DNA of 64,000 bases, taken from NCBI GenBank assembly GCA_007376265.1, contig VMFW01000010.1:1945-65944 (forward strand), read 5' to 3'. The DNA is from Parcubacteria group bacterium Gr01-1014_20. GTDB taxonomy: Bacteria; Patescibacteriota; Minisyncoccia; UBA6257; 2-01-FULL-56-20. A program made the translations under genes and the position numbers. The notes beneath the pieces were generated by a model. The model was not told the origin of the DNA and made no database searches. It saw only the letters and a list, made by a program, of their open reading frames with translations. Below are positions 10,661 to 19,548 of the stretch, piece after piece. Each line of letters opens with the position of its first letter. Positions within the stretch are counted from its first letter, which is position 1.

Positions 10661-11315
10661 CGTAGCTTAGGGGGTTTTGGATGCTCTTTCCATTTACGAA
10701 AAAGGTTGGAGTGCCTTGGATTTGAGCTTTGAGGCCGCTCTGGTAATCACCTTCAATCTTGTCTTTAACGATTTGGGATTTGAGATCGACTTTAAACTGT
10801 TCAAGGTTTAGGCCAAGAGACTCGGCGTAGCCAATAACGATTTCTTCAGCGTTCGAAGCGTTTTCCCAAGACTTCTGGTTTTTATAGAGCAGGTCGTGCA
10901 TTTCCCAAAACTTTGCTTGCTTACCAGCGGCTTCGGCGGCCTGGGCCGTGATGTCAGCATTTTTGTGGATACTTCGGAGCGGGAAATATCTGTAGACAAA
11001 AGCAATGCTGTCGCCAAATTCTCGAACTATTTCTTTGGTGAACGGATGATAGGCGGCACAGGCGGGGCATTGGTAGTCGCCGTATTCAACTAAAACCACT
11101 TTGGCGTCGTTTTTGCCCAAAAACCAGTCGGTCTGGGAGATGCTATCGGTTAAGATGGCCGTTTGATTACCGGTAGGGTTGCCACCACCCACAAAGAGCA
11201 TGGAACCGACGGAACCAGCAATTACCGCGATCACGATCACCCAGGTGATAATCGACTTAACGTTCCCCTCTCGGGATTTTTTATTATTTTTTGAGAACCC
11301 AGATTGGTTATTCAT
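10602..11315 (-). CDS. DsbA-family thiol:disulfide oxidoreductase with an N-terminal membrane anchor
   Basis: CPAC thioredoxin active site within a DsbA-like fold, with a TM anchor at the N-terminus. Confidence 0.8.
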   Translation of the reverse strand: MNNQSGFSKNNKKSREGNVKSIITWVIVIAVIAGSVGSMLFVGGGNPTGNQTAILTDSISQTDWFLGKNDAKVVLVEYGDYQCPACAAYHPFTKEIVREFGDSIAFVYRYFPLRSIHKNADITAQAAEAAGKQAKFWEMHDLLYKNQKSWENASNAEEIVIGYAESLGLNLEQFKVDLKSQIVKDKIEGDYQSGLKAQIQGTPTFFVNGKSIQNPLSYDEFRTILIKNGATPQAVSQ

Positions 11316-11469
11316 AGTTGGAACATCCTATCACTATTCGGGTAAAAATGCAAGCAGCGGCTTCAGGACTCGGTTAGGAATCTGAAATACCAAATTTGAA
11401 ATAAAATTAAGCTCAAAGAAACCGCGATAGCCCAAAGAAGATATCGCAGAAAGGAACGGCCAAAATTTT

Positions 11470-11787
11470 TCATGACTGTTTTCTCTTATCCAGCTTATCG
11501 AGGCCAATGAGTTTCACTCCAAAATAGACAACGAGGGCGATGACGACAAAGTCGATCACGGTGGCCACGAAACTGCCCCAGAGGATTTTAATGGGGCCGA
11601 CAACCAAGGCAGCGTCTTTTAGCTCCCCGGCTGATCCCAAGATGACACCGAGGAGTGGGTTGATAATATCGCTGACTAATGAAGCCACCATCTTTGAAAC
11701 GGCGCCGCCAAGAATAAAACCAACGGCCAAGCCCACCACGCCCTGCTCGCGGATGAAATCTAAAAATCCGTGAATTTTTTCCTTCAT
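11470..11787 (-). CDS. mscL: large-conductance mechanosensitive channel
   Basis: FIREQGVVGLAVGFILGGAVSKMVASLVSDIINP is an MscL signature; 105 aa. Confidence 0.9.
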   Translation of the reverse strand: MKEKIHGFLDFIREQGVVGLAVGFILGGAVSKMVASLVSDIINPLLGVILGSAGELKDAALVVGPIKILWGSFVATVIDFVVIALVVYFGVKLIGLDKLDKRKQS

Positions 11788-11958
11788 GTTGGAGGTTAGC
11801 GATAGCGGATAGAGATATTTTTCCCGCTATTTTTCCGGTGTTTCTTTTTAGCCACTTTTTTCTTTTTGTTCATAACTAAAGTATATAACACAGCCGTACC
11901 GGACCAAAGTTTTTTACAATGGAATGGTCACGCTGGTCGGTTTTCTAATTAGCCCGAC

Positions 11959-12258
11959 CTAACGCAGGAAATGCCAAATGAAGAAGATGAAGAGAGCCAG
12001 TCCGCCGAGGATGGTATTTAGTAAAACAAAGTTGATACTTTTCTTGATGTTTGTGGATTCCTTGGTTTTAAGGAATACGAAGTATAGGAGAAAAAATAGG
12101 ATAACCGCGAAGATACTCTTGGTGGTCCAGTGATGGCCAGTGACGGCTTTGAGCGAATTTTTGAACGGTTCGGAAAACTCGGCCCAAATGGTAACCAGGA
12201 CTGTAAACCAAATGGTGCCTAACGTTGCATAAATAAGGGCGGTGATATTTTTGGTCAT
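11959..12258 (-). CDS. hypothetical membrane protein
   Basis: Three hydrophobic helices; no motif. Confidence 0.4.
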   Translation of the reverse strand: MTKNITALIYATLGTIWFTVLVTIWAEFSEPFKNSLKAVTGHHWTTKSIFAVILFFLLYFVFLKTKESTNIKKSINFVLLNTILGGLALFIFFIWHFLR

Positions 12259-12737
12259 TAAAGTGGTGGGGTAAGGTTAGTTTCGATGGCGCCGCGGAAG
12301 CCACTTGAGATAAGGTAGCCCATGCCAGCCATAGAGAAGGCGAGGAGAACGATAAGCCCGCAGAGCAAAATTATAGAAACTTTTAAGCCTTGGTCGCTAA
12401 TTATCATGTTGCCGTATTTTTTGATTAGTGACCAAGCAAGGATGGCCAGGAATGGGAGGAAGAGGAAGAGGTGCTCTTTGGTTTCCATCATTACGCCATG
12501 AGCCCACGGAGTCGGGCCTCCTTTAATAATGGGCTTTACGTTAGTACCGTAATAGTCTACGTAGTAAAAACCGCCAACAAGCCACGCGGCGAAAAACATA
12601 ACGACACCCAAGAGGGCGGCTTTTTTCGCCCTAGAGATCCTGGCTTCGGTTGGGTTCAAAAGTTCAACCAAAGCCCATAGGAAGGCTAAGGCACCGAATT
12701 CACCTAGGGCAATGTGGATACCTACGAGTGGGCTCAT
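12258..12737 (-). CDS. hypothetical membrane protein
   Basis: Four TM helices, 159 aa. Confidence 0.45.
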   Translation of the reverse strand: MSPLVGIHIALGEFGALAFLWALVELLNPTEARISRAKKAALLGVVMFFAAWLVGGFYYVDYYGTNVKPIIKGGPTPWAHGVMMETKEHLFLFLPFLAILAWSLIKKYGNMIISDQGLKVSIILLCGLIVLLAFSMAGMGYLISSGFRGAIETNLTPPL

Positions 12738-12804
12738 GATGGAATCGTTTTTTTCTGATGGCTACGCTTGTGTATCATAGCATATCTGGCGTTAAATTTT
12801 AGGA

Positions 12805-13356
12805 TCAGGCAGGTTTTTTCGAAATTTTTTGCCTGGTGCCGGCGGTGAGGGTGGGGGTGAAATATTTTTCAACTAGAGTTTCGAACTTTCTAATTAGGGG
12901 GTCGGAAATATTAAAAGGCTTGAAAACGGTAAGGGGCAGTAGAATTATCTCTTTATTGGGTTTTATAAAAGGCGGATGACTAAAACGGAAGTAGGGTTTT
13001 TCGACACAGTTTACAAAAATAATATTGGCTTCTTCCCAGTATTTGCGGATAATTGAAAGTTTTTGCAAGTCTTCGGCGTGACCCTTGGGGCTCCACCGGA
13101 ATTTTACCTCAACCAGATGCGGAAGATTTGTTTTATCGATCACGAAAAAGTCGGGTATGGCACGCATTTTTTCCGCCACTCTTGCATGTTTCTCGAAAGC
13201 CCCTGAAAGATTACTGCCGCCGTGCAAGATGGTTTCGTAACCAATTTTATAAACTGAATTGCCAGACTCTTTTAACAAATCGAAAACCAACGACTCGGCC
13301 ATGCGGCCTTTTAGATTAGTTTCCCGAGGTTCTTGTTCGACTTTAATTTTAGACAT
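12805..13356 (-). CDS. PD-(D/E)xK nuclease superfamily protein (Hjc/YraN-like fold)
   Basis: GRMAESLVFDLLKESG...PDFFVID...LVEVKFR matches the G..E...L...G...PD...D/ExK arrangement. Confidence 0.45.
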   Translation of the reverse strand: MSKIKVEQEPRETNLKGRMAESLVFDLLKESGNSVYKIGYETILHGGSNLSGAFEKHARVAEKMRAIPDFFVIDKTNLPHLVEVKFRWSPKGHAEDLQKLSIIRKYWEEANIIFVNCVEKPYFRFSHPPFIKPNKEIILLPLTVFKPFNISDPLIRKFETLVEKYFTPTLTAGTRQKISKKPA

Positions 13357-13366
13357 GTCCTTATAA

Positions 13367-13855
13367 TCAATACTCTAGTTTATTTACCCAGTCAGGAACT
13401 TTGACATCCACTGCACTGTCGTATTGCGGAGTATAGGGTTTCAAATCGAGGATGGGCGTATCTTTAATCACATCAAGCCCTCTTACGGTTACAACGCTAC
13501 CTTTAATACTCATGATTTTTGCTAAAGATAGGCCAATAGGATTGGGACGCCCTGGACAGCGACAAGCGAAAATACCGACCTCGGGCACCTCGCCGACTTT
13601 TCCCTGTGGCACGTGACGGATATCGCAGGTTTTCACATTGTGCATCCAGTAGATTACGAAAATATGGGAGTAATCGTCGAGTCCAGTCAATGCATCCTGA
13701 TATTCATCGTTGATGACAAGTTCGGTGACAACCTTATCCCACCCACCGAAGTGATCAATTTCCTGATTTCTAGCAAAACCGATGGTCTTGAGATTAATTT
13801 CCACAGTCAAATTATACGACAACAACCTCCTCTCAAGGAAGACCAGGTTTGCCAA
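13367..13855 (-). CDS. trmO: tRNA (N6-threonylcarbamoyladenosine(37)-N6)-methyltransferase TrmO (TsaA/YaeB family)
   Basis: GIFACRCPGRPNPIGLSLAKI...GLDVIKDTPILDLKPY is the YaeB signature. Confidence 0.85.
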   Translation of the reverse strand: MANLVFLERRLLSYNLTVEINLKTIGFARNQEIDHFGGWDKVVTELVINDEYQDALTGLDDYSHIFVIYWMHNVKTCDIRHVPQGKVGEVPEVGIFACRCPGRPNPIGLSLAKIMSIKGSVVTVRGLDVIKDTPILDLKPYTPQYDSAVDVKVPDWVNKLEY

Positions 13856-13897
13856 AATAGTCTAGGGGACGGTTTGGAAACAGACGGGTTTCCCGCC

Positions 13898-14386
13898 CTA
13901 CTCCAGAATTGGATTTTTTTGAACAAGCGGAGTTCTGGCCCACGCGCTACCAAAACCTAAGTACTTACCAGCGTTAGCTGTGGTAAACAGCAGGAGTAGG
14001 AGGCCGTAGATAATATGGTCGTCGAGTAATGGGTTATTCTCTGGCTGTATGCTCGCCAGATACATAAAGAGCATTAGAAGCGCGCCCGAGTAGCCCCCGA
14101 TGCGAACTCCAATCCCGAGTAGCAACGCCAACCCAATGAGTAAGAGACCCAACATAAAAAGCCAGTCAACGATCGGATTACCGGCCATCGCGTGAAAAGT
14201 TTCTACAAAAGGACCTTTGGCGGCGAACTTTAGAAATCCCAGGGTTGGGGAGCCTCCAGCCAACCAGGATTTTTCGGGCGCGGTGGCAAAACCAAGCCCT
14301 AAAAGTTTATCGACGAACGCCCACAAGAAAATCCAACCCATACCAATCCTCAATAGGCCGAGGATGGTTTTTGATTTGTTTTCCAT
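13898..14386 (-). CDS. DoxX family membrane protein
   Basis: Four-TM DoxX-like topology (LLRIGMGWIFLWAFVDKL...). Confidence 0.65.
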   Translation of the reverse strand: MENKSKTILGLLRIGMGWIFLWAFVDKLLGLGFATAPEKSWLAGGSPTLGFLKFAAKGPFVETFHAMAGNPIVDWLFMLGLLLIGLALLLGIGVRIGGYSGALLMLFMYLASIQPENNPLLDDHIIYGLLLLLFTTANAGKYLGFGSAWARTPLVQKNPILE

Positions 14387-14403
14387 ACACTAATTCTAGC
14401 AAA

Positions 14404-15459
14404 TTAGATGTTTTCGATTGATTCCCAGGGAAGACCGGGTTTGCCAAAGTGGCCATAGGCGGCCGTTTGCAGATAGATCGACTTCCGAAGATCGAGGCGC
14501 TCAATAATGGCTTTGGGCCGAAAATCGAATTTCTGATTGACCAGACTCGCAATGCTCTCGCCTTTTTCGTTCAGCGCTTCAACCATTAAGGGTTCGGCTC
14601 GGCCGATGGCGTAGGCGACGGAAACTAAACACTTTTCGGCGTGGCCGTTCGTCACTAAATTTTTAGCCACAAAACGCGCCATGTAGGCGGCCGAACGATC
14701 AACTTTGGTTGGATCCTTACCGGAGAAAGCGCCGCCGCCGTGAGGAACGAGACCACAATAGGTGTCCACCATGATTTTACGACCGGTTAGGCCAGCATCG
14801 CCAGCGAAGCCACCGATCACAAATTTGCCTGTAGGGTTAACGAGGATTTCAATGTCGTCTATGTGGCCAATAACTGGCCTTATAAGATTATGGATTAAAG
14901 CCTGCTTGATTTCGGCTTGAGAAACATTTTCGGCGTGCTGACAACTGACCAGAACAGTTTTGATTTTATCGCCGTGAACGGTGAGTTGAGCTTTGCCATC
15001 AGACCCTAGCCAATCAAATTTCCCACTCTTTCTCATTTTTTCTAAACCTTTGGTTAGGGCGTGCACCAGGAAAACACTTTTGGGCATAAACTCACTTCCA
15101 GGATTATTTTCGGCGTAACCGTACATAATGCCTTGATCCCCTGCCCCACCAGTATCGACGCCTTGCGCAATGTCGGGCGATTGTTTAACGAGGTGAGAGA
15201 TGATTTTGAGCTCGTCGGTGTAGCCGAGATTTTTATAAACATTTTTGGCGATTTCTTCAGCCTCAAATTTGGCGCTCGTGGTCACTTCACCGCCTATAAC
15301 TAGGAGCCCATGGGAACCCATGACTTCGACGGCGACGCGGCTTTTGGGATCTTGTCTTAGACATTCATCTAAAATCGCATCGGAGATTTGGTCGCAAACT
15401 TTGTCGGGATGACCAGAGGTAACGCTTTCAACGGTAAAAATACTTGGTTTGTAGAACAT
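14404..15459 (-). CDS. metK: S-adenosylmethionine synthetase
   Basis: ESVTSGHPDKVCDQISDAILD, GAGDQG and DTYGG motifs; 351 aa. Confidence 0.95.
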   Translation of the reverse strand: MFYKPSIFTVESVTSGHPDKVCDQISDAILDECLRQDPKSRVAVEVMGSHGLLVIGGEVTTSAKFEAEEIAKNVYKNLGYTDELKIISHLVKQSPDIAQGVDTGGAGDQGIMYGYAENNPGSEFMPKSVFLVHALTKGLEKMRKSGKFDWLGSDGKAQLTVHGDKIKTVLVSCQHAENVSQAEIKQALIHNLIRPVIGHIDDIEILVNPTGKFVIGGFAGDAGLTGRKIMVDTYCGLVPHGGGAFSGKDPTKVDRSAAYMARFVAKNLVTNGHAEKCLVSVAYAIGRAEPLMVEALNEKGESIASLVNQKFDFRPKAIIERLDLRKSIYLQTAAYGHFGKPGLPWESIENI

Positions 15460-15529
15460 GGGTTTATAAATATTGTTTGTAATCCTTCGACTGGCTCAGG
15501 ATATTTTCGCCTCAGAAAAAAATATTATG

Positions 15530-15700
15530 GGGGCGAAAATAAAAATCTTCCACGAGGAAGATATAAGTTTCGACGACTTTATCTTTCCTCGGAGTCCTTT
15601 CGGACCGAGGCTGGATTTAGCACCTTCTCTTTTTTACAAAGAGCGGTTGCTGGCGGGTCATCGAGCCAGAACTCTCGCCGCGCTCAAGATAAGCTATTAA
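15530..15700 (-). promoter_or_regulatory. SAM-I (S-box) riboswitch with its terminator in the metK leader
   Basis: The minus strand reads GCTTATCTTGAGCGCGGCGAGAG..CTGGCTCGATGACCCGCCAGCAACC...GGTGCTAAATCCAGC...GAAAGATAAAG. These are the S-box conserved blocks (P1 5' strand, kink-turn/P2 region and GGTGCTAAnTCC) with P1 closure. A terminator hairpin (CGAGGAAAGATAAAG...CTTATATCTTCCTCG plus a T-run) follows. Track ORF 15473..15700 is therefore spurious. Confidence 0.8.
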
Positions 15701-15832
15701 TATTAAGTTGTAATCTAATGATAGTTAAGTATCCCGGGTTGTCAATTAAACTTGTTGATAGCTCTACTGAATCTTAGAAACAAAAAACCGCCCCCAGGTT
15801 TTGCCAAAGGACGGTTTTTCGAAAATAGTGTT

Positions 15833-16030
15833 TTAGGCTCGCGCGACGTTTGTAGCGGCTGGGCCCTTTTCACCGTTGACGATTTCAAAGGTGACGGTAT
15901 CGCCAACTTTCAATTCATCGAAGGTTACACCATTAAGCTCCTTGGAGTGGAAGAAAAGGTCCTTTTCCTCGCCTTCGCGAGAAATGAATCCAAAGCCTCT
16001 ATCCGTGAGCGTTTTGATTGTTCCTGTCAT
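15833..16030 (-). CDS. cspA: cold-shock protein (CspA family)
   Basis: GTIKTLTDRGFGFI...FFHSKEL, the RNP1 and RNP2 motifs. Confidence 0.9.
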   Translation of the reverse strand: MTGTIKTLTDRGFGFISREGEEKDLFFHSKELNGVTFDELKVGDTVTFEIVNGEKGPAATNVARA

Positions 16031-16082
16031 TAATTTGTCTTGTTATGCTAGAAATTCGACCACATCTCTTAGTTTAAGTTCC

Positions 16083-16111
16083 ATTATAATACTTGGTTTT
16101 GATTCTGTCAA
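16083..16111 (-). promoter_or_regulatory. consensus sigma70 promoter for cspA (TTGACA-17-TATAAT)
   Basis: The minus strand reads TTGACAgaatcaaaaccaagtatTATAAT, ~50 nt upstream of the csp ATG. Confidence 0.55.
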
Positions 16112-16176
16112 TACACGCATAAATCCCCACCTTAGCGGGGATTTATGGGCTATTTTCTTGGTTTTTGGGGGTTTCG

Positions 16177-17745
16177 CTATGGGGTGGTCGTGAAGCTCGC
16201 TTCTACCGAGGTTCCAGCATTCATAGCAACATCTTTGGATTCAACTATGTAGTGGTAGGTGGTCGAGGCGACAAGACCGGTGAGATTGACGAGGTGAGTC
16301 ATGAAAGTGCCGGATGAAGAGACAAACGCGGCTACTCCCAGATTCAGCGGCGAGGTGGTGCCGTAGTAAACTTTGCTTGTGGCAAGTTCGTTGGTAGTCC
16401 AGCCAATCGATGCGCTAGTTGAAGAAAGGCTAGAAACGTTCACAGCTGAAACTATGGGGGCGGTTATGTCGGGTGTGGCGGTGGTAAGGACATTCTCACC
16501 GGATGTAGTTTTGTTGCCGGCCGCATCTTCAGTTTCAATCAGAAAATAGTAATTGGTGAATTGATTCAGACCGGTCAGGGCGACCGAGTGGCTGGTGACA
16601 AACGCAGTCATGGCGACGGAGGTGGCGGTAGTTAAACCAACCGGGGTGCTGGTCGCAAAGTAGACTTTGCTTTTGGCTGGCTCGTTAGTTGTCCAGTTTA
16701 CGGTTGCGCCGGAGACGGTAATGTTGGTGACGCCAATCGAAGAAATGGTGGCTGGCAAAGTGTCGGCCGCGGGGGTGGCGGTGGTAAACGAACCCTGGTT
16801 TGAAGTCACTTTATTCATAACGGCATCTTTGGATTCAACCATGTAGTAATAGGTGGTCGAGGCAATGAGGCCGGTTAGACTCATTGAGTGACCAGTTACC
16901 AGTAAAGAACTTTCGGTTGCAGTAGAAGAGGTGGTGACTGGTGAGGAGGTTGAGTAGTAAACCTTGGTTGTAGCGGCTTCGTTTGTGGTCCAACTGATTG
17001 TGGCACCAGAGATCGTGATCGATGTTGCAGCCAGCGAAGAGATGGTTGGAGCGACAGTATCTGGGGTTGAGCTGGGTTGGGGCCCGATTTTCTTAAGAAT
17101 GCCGGGCGGTAAAACCTGACAGATTGGAACGATGGGCTTGTCGTTTTTCTTCAACCAGCCTTTGGCGATTAAGTGGCCGGGTGGGACGATAATACAGAAT
17201 CCAGCCTTCCTGATGGCTCGAGTTGAATTATCGTTATCATCTCCATCGTCATTATCTTCATCATCGTCGTCATCTTCGTGCTGGGCTTTTTCGGCTTTGG
17301 TTAACCGATTTTCCTTAAGAAACTCATTGAGCTTCTTGAGGGTTTTGGGACCAACGATGCCAAGCTGGTCAATGCCGTGCTTAGCCTGAAATTTCATCAC
17401 GGCTTTGGATGTCAAAAGACCGTAATAACCCGTCACTAAACCTTCGGGATAGATATTCGGATCGGCGGCTAAAAGTACCTGGAGAACGGTAACATCGTCG
17501 CCCGAAGATCCCTGTCTTAAGCTTTTTAACAATTCCAGAACTTGGCCTTGCTGCTCAACTTGAAGTTCGACTGATTTTTTTTGGAGAGCTTTGATCTGGT
17601 TCTGCAGATCAAGGATCTGCTGGGTCAGCTGGTTAATCATTTGCAACTGAGTCTGGGCGGTCGAGGTTTGGGCCGACACACCAGCTGGAGCGATTGCCCC
17701 AAAACCTAGAGTTAAGACTAGAAACGAAACTATGTATTTTTGCAT
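16177..17745 (-). CDS. secreted protein with an N-terminal coiled coil, a peptidoglycan-binding domain, an acidic linker and four Fn3-like repeats
   Basis: Signal peptide; PG_binding_1-like block DDVTVLQVLLAADPNIY...GYYGLLTSKAVMKFQAKHGI; a poly-D/E linker; four ~95-aa repeats ending in ...TTYYYMVESKD... Confidence 0.65.
   Translation of the reverse strand: MQKYIVSFLVLTLGFGAIAPAGVSAQTSTAQTQLQMINQLTQQILDLQNQIKALQKKSVELQVEQQGQVLELLKSLRQGSSGDDVTVLQVLLAADPNIYPEGLVTGYYGLLTSKAVMKFQAKHGIDQLGIVGPKTLKKLNEFLKENRLTKAEKAQHEDDDDDEDNDDGDDNDNSTRAIRKAGFCIIVPPGHLIAKGWLKKNDKPIVPICQVLPPGILKKIGPQPSSTPDTVAPTISSLAATSITISGATISWTTNEAATTKVYYSTSSPVTTSSTATESSLLVTGHSMSLTGLIASTTYYYMVESKDAVMNKVTSNQGSFTTATPAADTLPATISSIGVTNITVSGATVNWTTNEPAKSKVYFATSTPVGLTTATSVAMTAFVTSHSVALTGLNQFTNYYFLIETEDAAGNKTTSGENVLTTATPDITAPIVSAVNVSSLSSTSASIGWTTNELATSKVYYGTTSPLNLGVAAFVSSSGTFMTHLVNLTGLVASTTYHYIVESKDVAMNAGTSVEASFTTTP
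16200..17060. repeat. tandem intragenic DNA repeats (~290 bp, roughly three units) encoding the Fn3-like modules
   Basis: Near-identical nucleotide blocks (e.g. gtagtaataggtggtcgaggc...) recur in phase with the protein repeats. Confidence 0.55.
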
Positions 17746-17867
17746 TTTTTTATTATTTTTATTTGTTTTTGATGTTTTTGACCTTTTTTCTCGATTTAGC
17801 GCGAGATTTCGCTTTATACTAAGGTGTTACGGGTTCCTTTTAGGAAAGTTACAGGCTACTGTAGATT

Positions 17868-18272
17868 CTACTTGATAAATAACACAGTGAGTAGGAGCAG
17901 GGTGAATTCGATGGCGGATACAACACACCAAGTGCAAAAGGCGCGGAGGATAAAGGCTTGGATAAAGGTGAAATAAATAGAAAAGACAAACCCGATCCAG
18001 ATAATGGTTGAAATGGGCGCAAAACTTGTGAGGCTACCAGATGAAAAAAGGAGGCTTAAAATCAAAATCACGAAGTACATTCCTAGGCCGGCATAAGGAT
18101 TGGGAATCCCAAGTGTGCGACTAAATTTGCTCTCCTGAACTTTTTGGCACCACTCGGGCGGGAAAAATAAGCATTTGACTGGGGTTTTTCTGTAGGCGTG
18201 ATAGCTTAGGTAGCTCGTGTTAACGATGCCGATAACTGACAAGACGATGATTATTAAAACATTCAAATCCAT
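17868..18272 (-). CDS. second VKOR-like membrane protein, stand-alone
   Basis: Four TM helices with a CTWC active-site-like motif and a loop Cys pair (CLFFPPEWC). Confidence 0.55.
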   Translation of the reverse strand: MDLNVLIIIVLSVIGIVNTSYLSYHAYRKTPVKCLFFPPEWCQKVQESKFSRTLGIPNPYAGLGMYFVILILSLLFSSGSLTSFAPISTIIWIGFVFSIYFTFIQAFILRAFCTWCVVSAIEFTLLLLTVLFIK

Positions 18273-18297
18273 AGATTTATTATACTCCTTTGGTTAT

Positions 18298-18371
18298 GGT
18301 CGGGCTGCCGGGAATCGAACCCGGTCTTCACGAACCCGAATCGCGCGTACTACCGGTATACTACAGCCCGT
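18298..18371 (-). tRNA. tRNA-Pro (anticodon CGG), CCA encoded
   Basis: Cloverleaf CGGGCTG...anticodon loop UUCGGGU...GGTTCGATTCCCGG-CAGCCCG-A-CCA, with the C1:G72 pair typical of tRNA-Pro. Confidence 0.85.
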
Positions 18372-18400
18372 TACGATATACAGATTATAGGAAAGTTGTT

Positions 18401-18829
18401 TTATTTGCCAGTCGTGCCAAAACCACCACGGGTTTTGTTGCCCATGACTTTAGTTTCTTGCCAGTCGGCTCTTTCAATTTTTACGAAAGTGCCTTGGGCA
18501 ATGCGCTCACCACGCTCAACTAAAACGGGTTTGCTGGTGAAGTTGTAGTAGGCGGCTTTCAGCTCATCTTCATCCCCGGAGTAGTCGGGATCAACGATGC
18601 CAATACCGTTCGCTAAAAGCAAGCCTTTTTTGTGCGTGGAACTCCTAGCGGCCACCAAGAGAAAATACCCTTCGGGAGTTTCGATGGCATTGTTAAGCGG
18701 GATGTAGGCAACGCTACTGGGCTGGATTTCCGTAGTCTCCCGTGCGTACAAATCAAAAGCGGCGGCTTTTTCGGTCTTGTGCTCGGGCAAGGGCAGATCC
18801 GGGTGGAATCTTTTAATGCGAACTTTCAT
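18401..18829 (-). CDS. dut: dUTP diphosphatase (trimeric dUTPase)
   Basis: dUTPase motifs AAFDLYA, ARSS, GIVDPDYSGDE and RGGFGTTG. Confidence 0.9.
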   Translation of the reverse strand: MKVRIKRFHPDLPLPEHKTEKAAAFDLYARETTEIQPSSVAYIPLNNAIETPEGYFLLVAARSSTHKKGLLLANGIGIVDPDYSGDEDELKAAYYNFTSKPVLVERGERIAQGTFVKIERADWQETKVMGNKTRGGFGTTGK

Positions 18830-18876
18830 TGAGCTTAGTTTACTAGAGTTTTAGAAAATAAAAAGAGCCCTATTCA

Positions 18877-19230
18877 TTAGGGCTCTTTGGGCCAGTTTTT
18901 GCAAGACCTCTGAATATTTTCAATCCAGGATTTTGTGGCATGGTGCCAAAACTTGTCGAAACACTTTTGACACTCAACAACGACTATACCAATTTTCCAA
19001 TAATCAGAGTCTTTGGGCAGGGGAAGTTTTGACTGAAGTTCAAATCCAACTATGCAATCATTCCTCTGTTCAAGCTCTTTAATGTTCTTAAGATCTTCAT
19101 ACATTCTCCAGCCGCATTTAACACAACACAATGCTGACGAATAGGTGGCGATATGATAATCAACGCCCCAAGACCGAAGAACCGGCTTAGTCATTTGATG
19201 CTTCTCCTTTATTTCTCTCTTCCGCTTCAA
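18877..19230 (-). CDS. Cys-rich hypothetical protein, 'SWGVDY' family paralog 1
   Basis: 117 aa. It shares SWGVDY...C.C..G...DCIVGF...IECxKCF..FWxH with the adjacent paralog. A terminator follows downstream. Confidence 0.5.
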   Translation of the reverse strand: MKRKREIKEKHQMTKPVLRSWGVDYHIATYSSALCCVKCGWRMYEDLKNIKELEQRNDCIVGFELQSKLPLPKDSDYWKIGIVVVECQKCFDKFWHHATKSWIENIQRSCKNWPKEP

Positions 19231-19537
19231 TCACATCAGGAATCATCTGCTCCCAGACATGAAACCAGAAATTGGCGAAGCACTTGGGGCATTCTATGAC
19301 AATGATGCCTTTTTTCCCGGGATTAGCGGGATCTTCCGGATTAGAAGTTGAAAATCCAACAATGCAATCTCGCCAGTCTTTGAACCTATGGGACATATAT
19401 CCAAACATAAACCAATCGCCATTAGGACAGGCACATGAGGGCGAATAGGAGCACCCTTGATAATCTACACCCCAAGACTTTGAGACTTTGGTCACACCCC
19501 CTCCTTTTCTGCTTTCAGCAATATACCCAGTCAACAA
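19187..19537 (-). CDS. Cys-rich hypothetical protein, 'SWGVDY' family paralog 2
   Basis: 116 aa; the same motif set as paralog 1. It overlaps the 5' end of paralog 1. Confidence 0.5.
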   Translation of the reverse strand: MLTGYIAESRKGGGVTKVSKSWGVDYQGCSYSPSCACPNGDWFMFGYMSHRFKDWRDCIVGFSTSNPEDPANPGKKGIIVIECPKCFANFWFHVWEQMIPDVIEAEERNKGEASND

Positions 19538-19548
19538 GAAATCGTCAA

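Noticed and set aside
15473-15700. Track ORF of 75 aa upstream of metK
   Set aside because: The region is the antisense of a SAM-I riboswitch aptamer and its terminator. The conserved S-box blocks explain the sequence, and no SD or start context is present.
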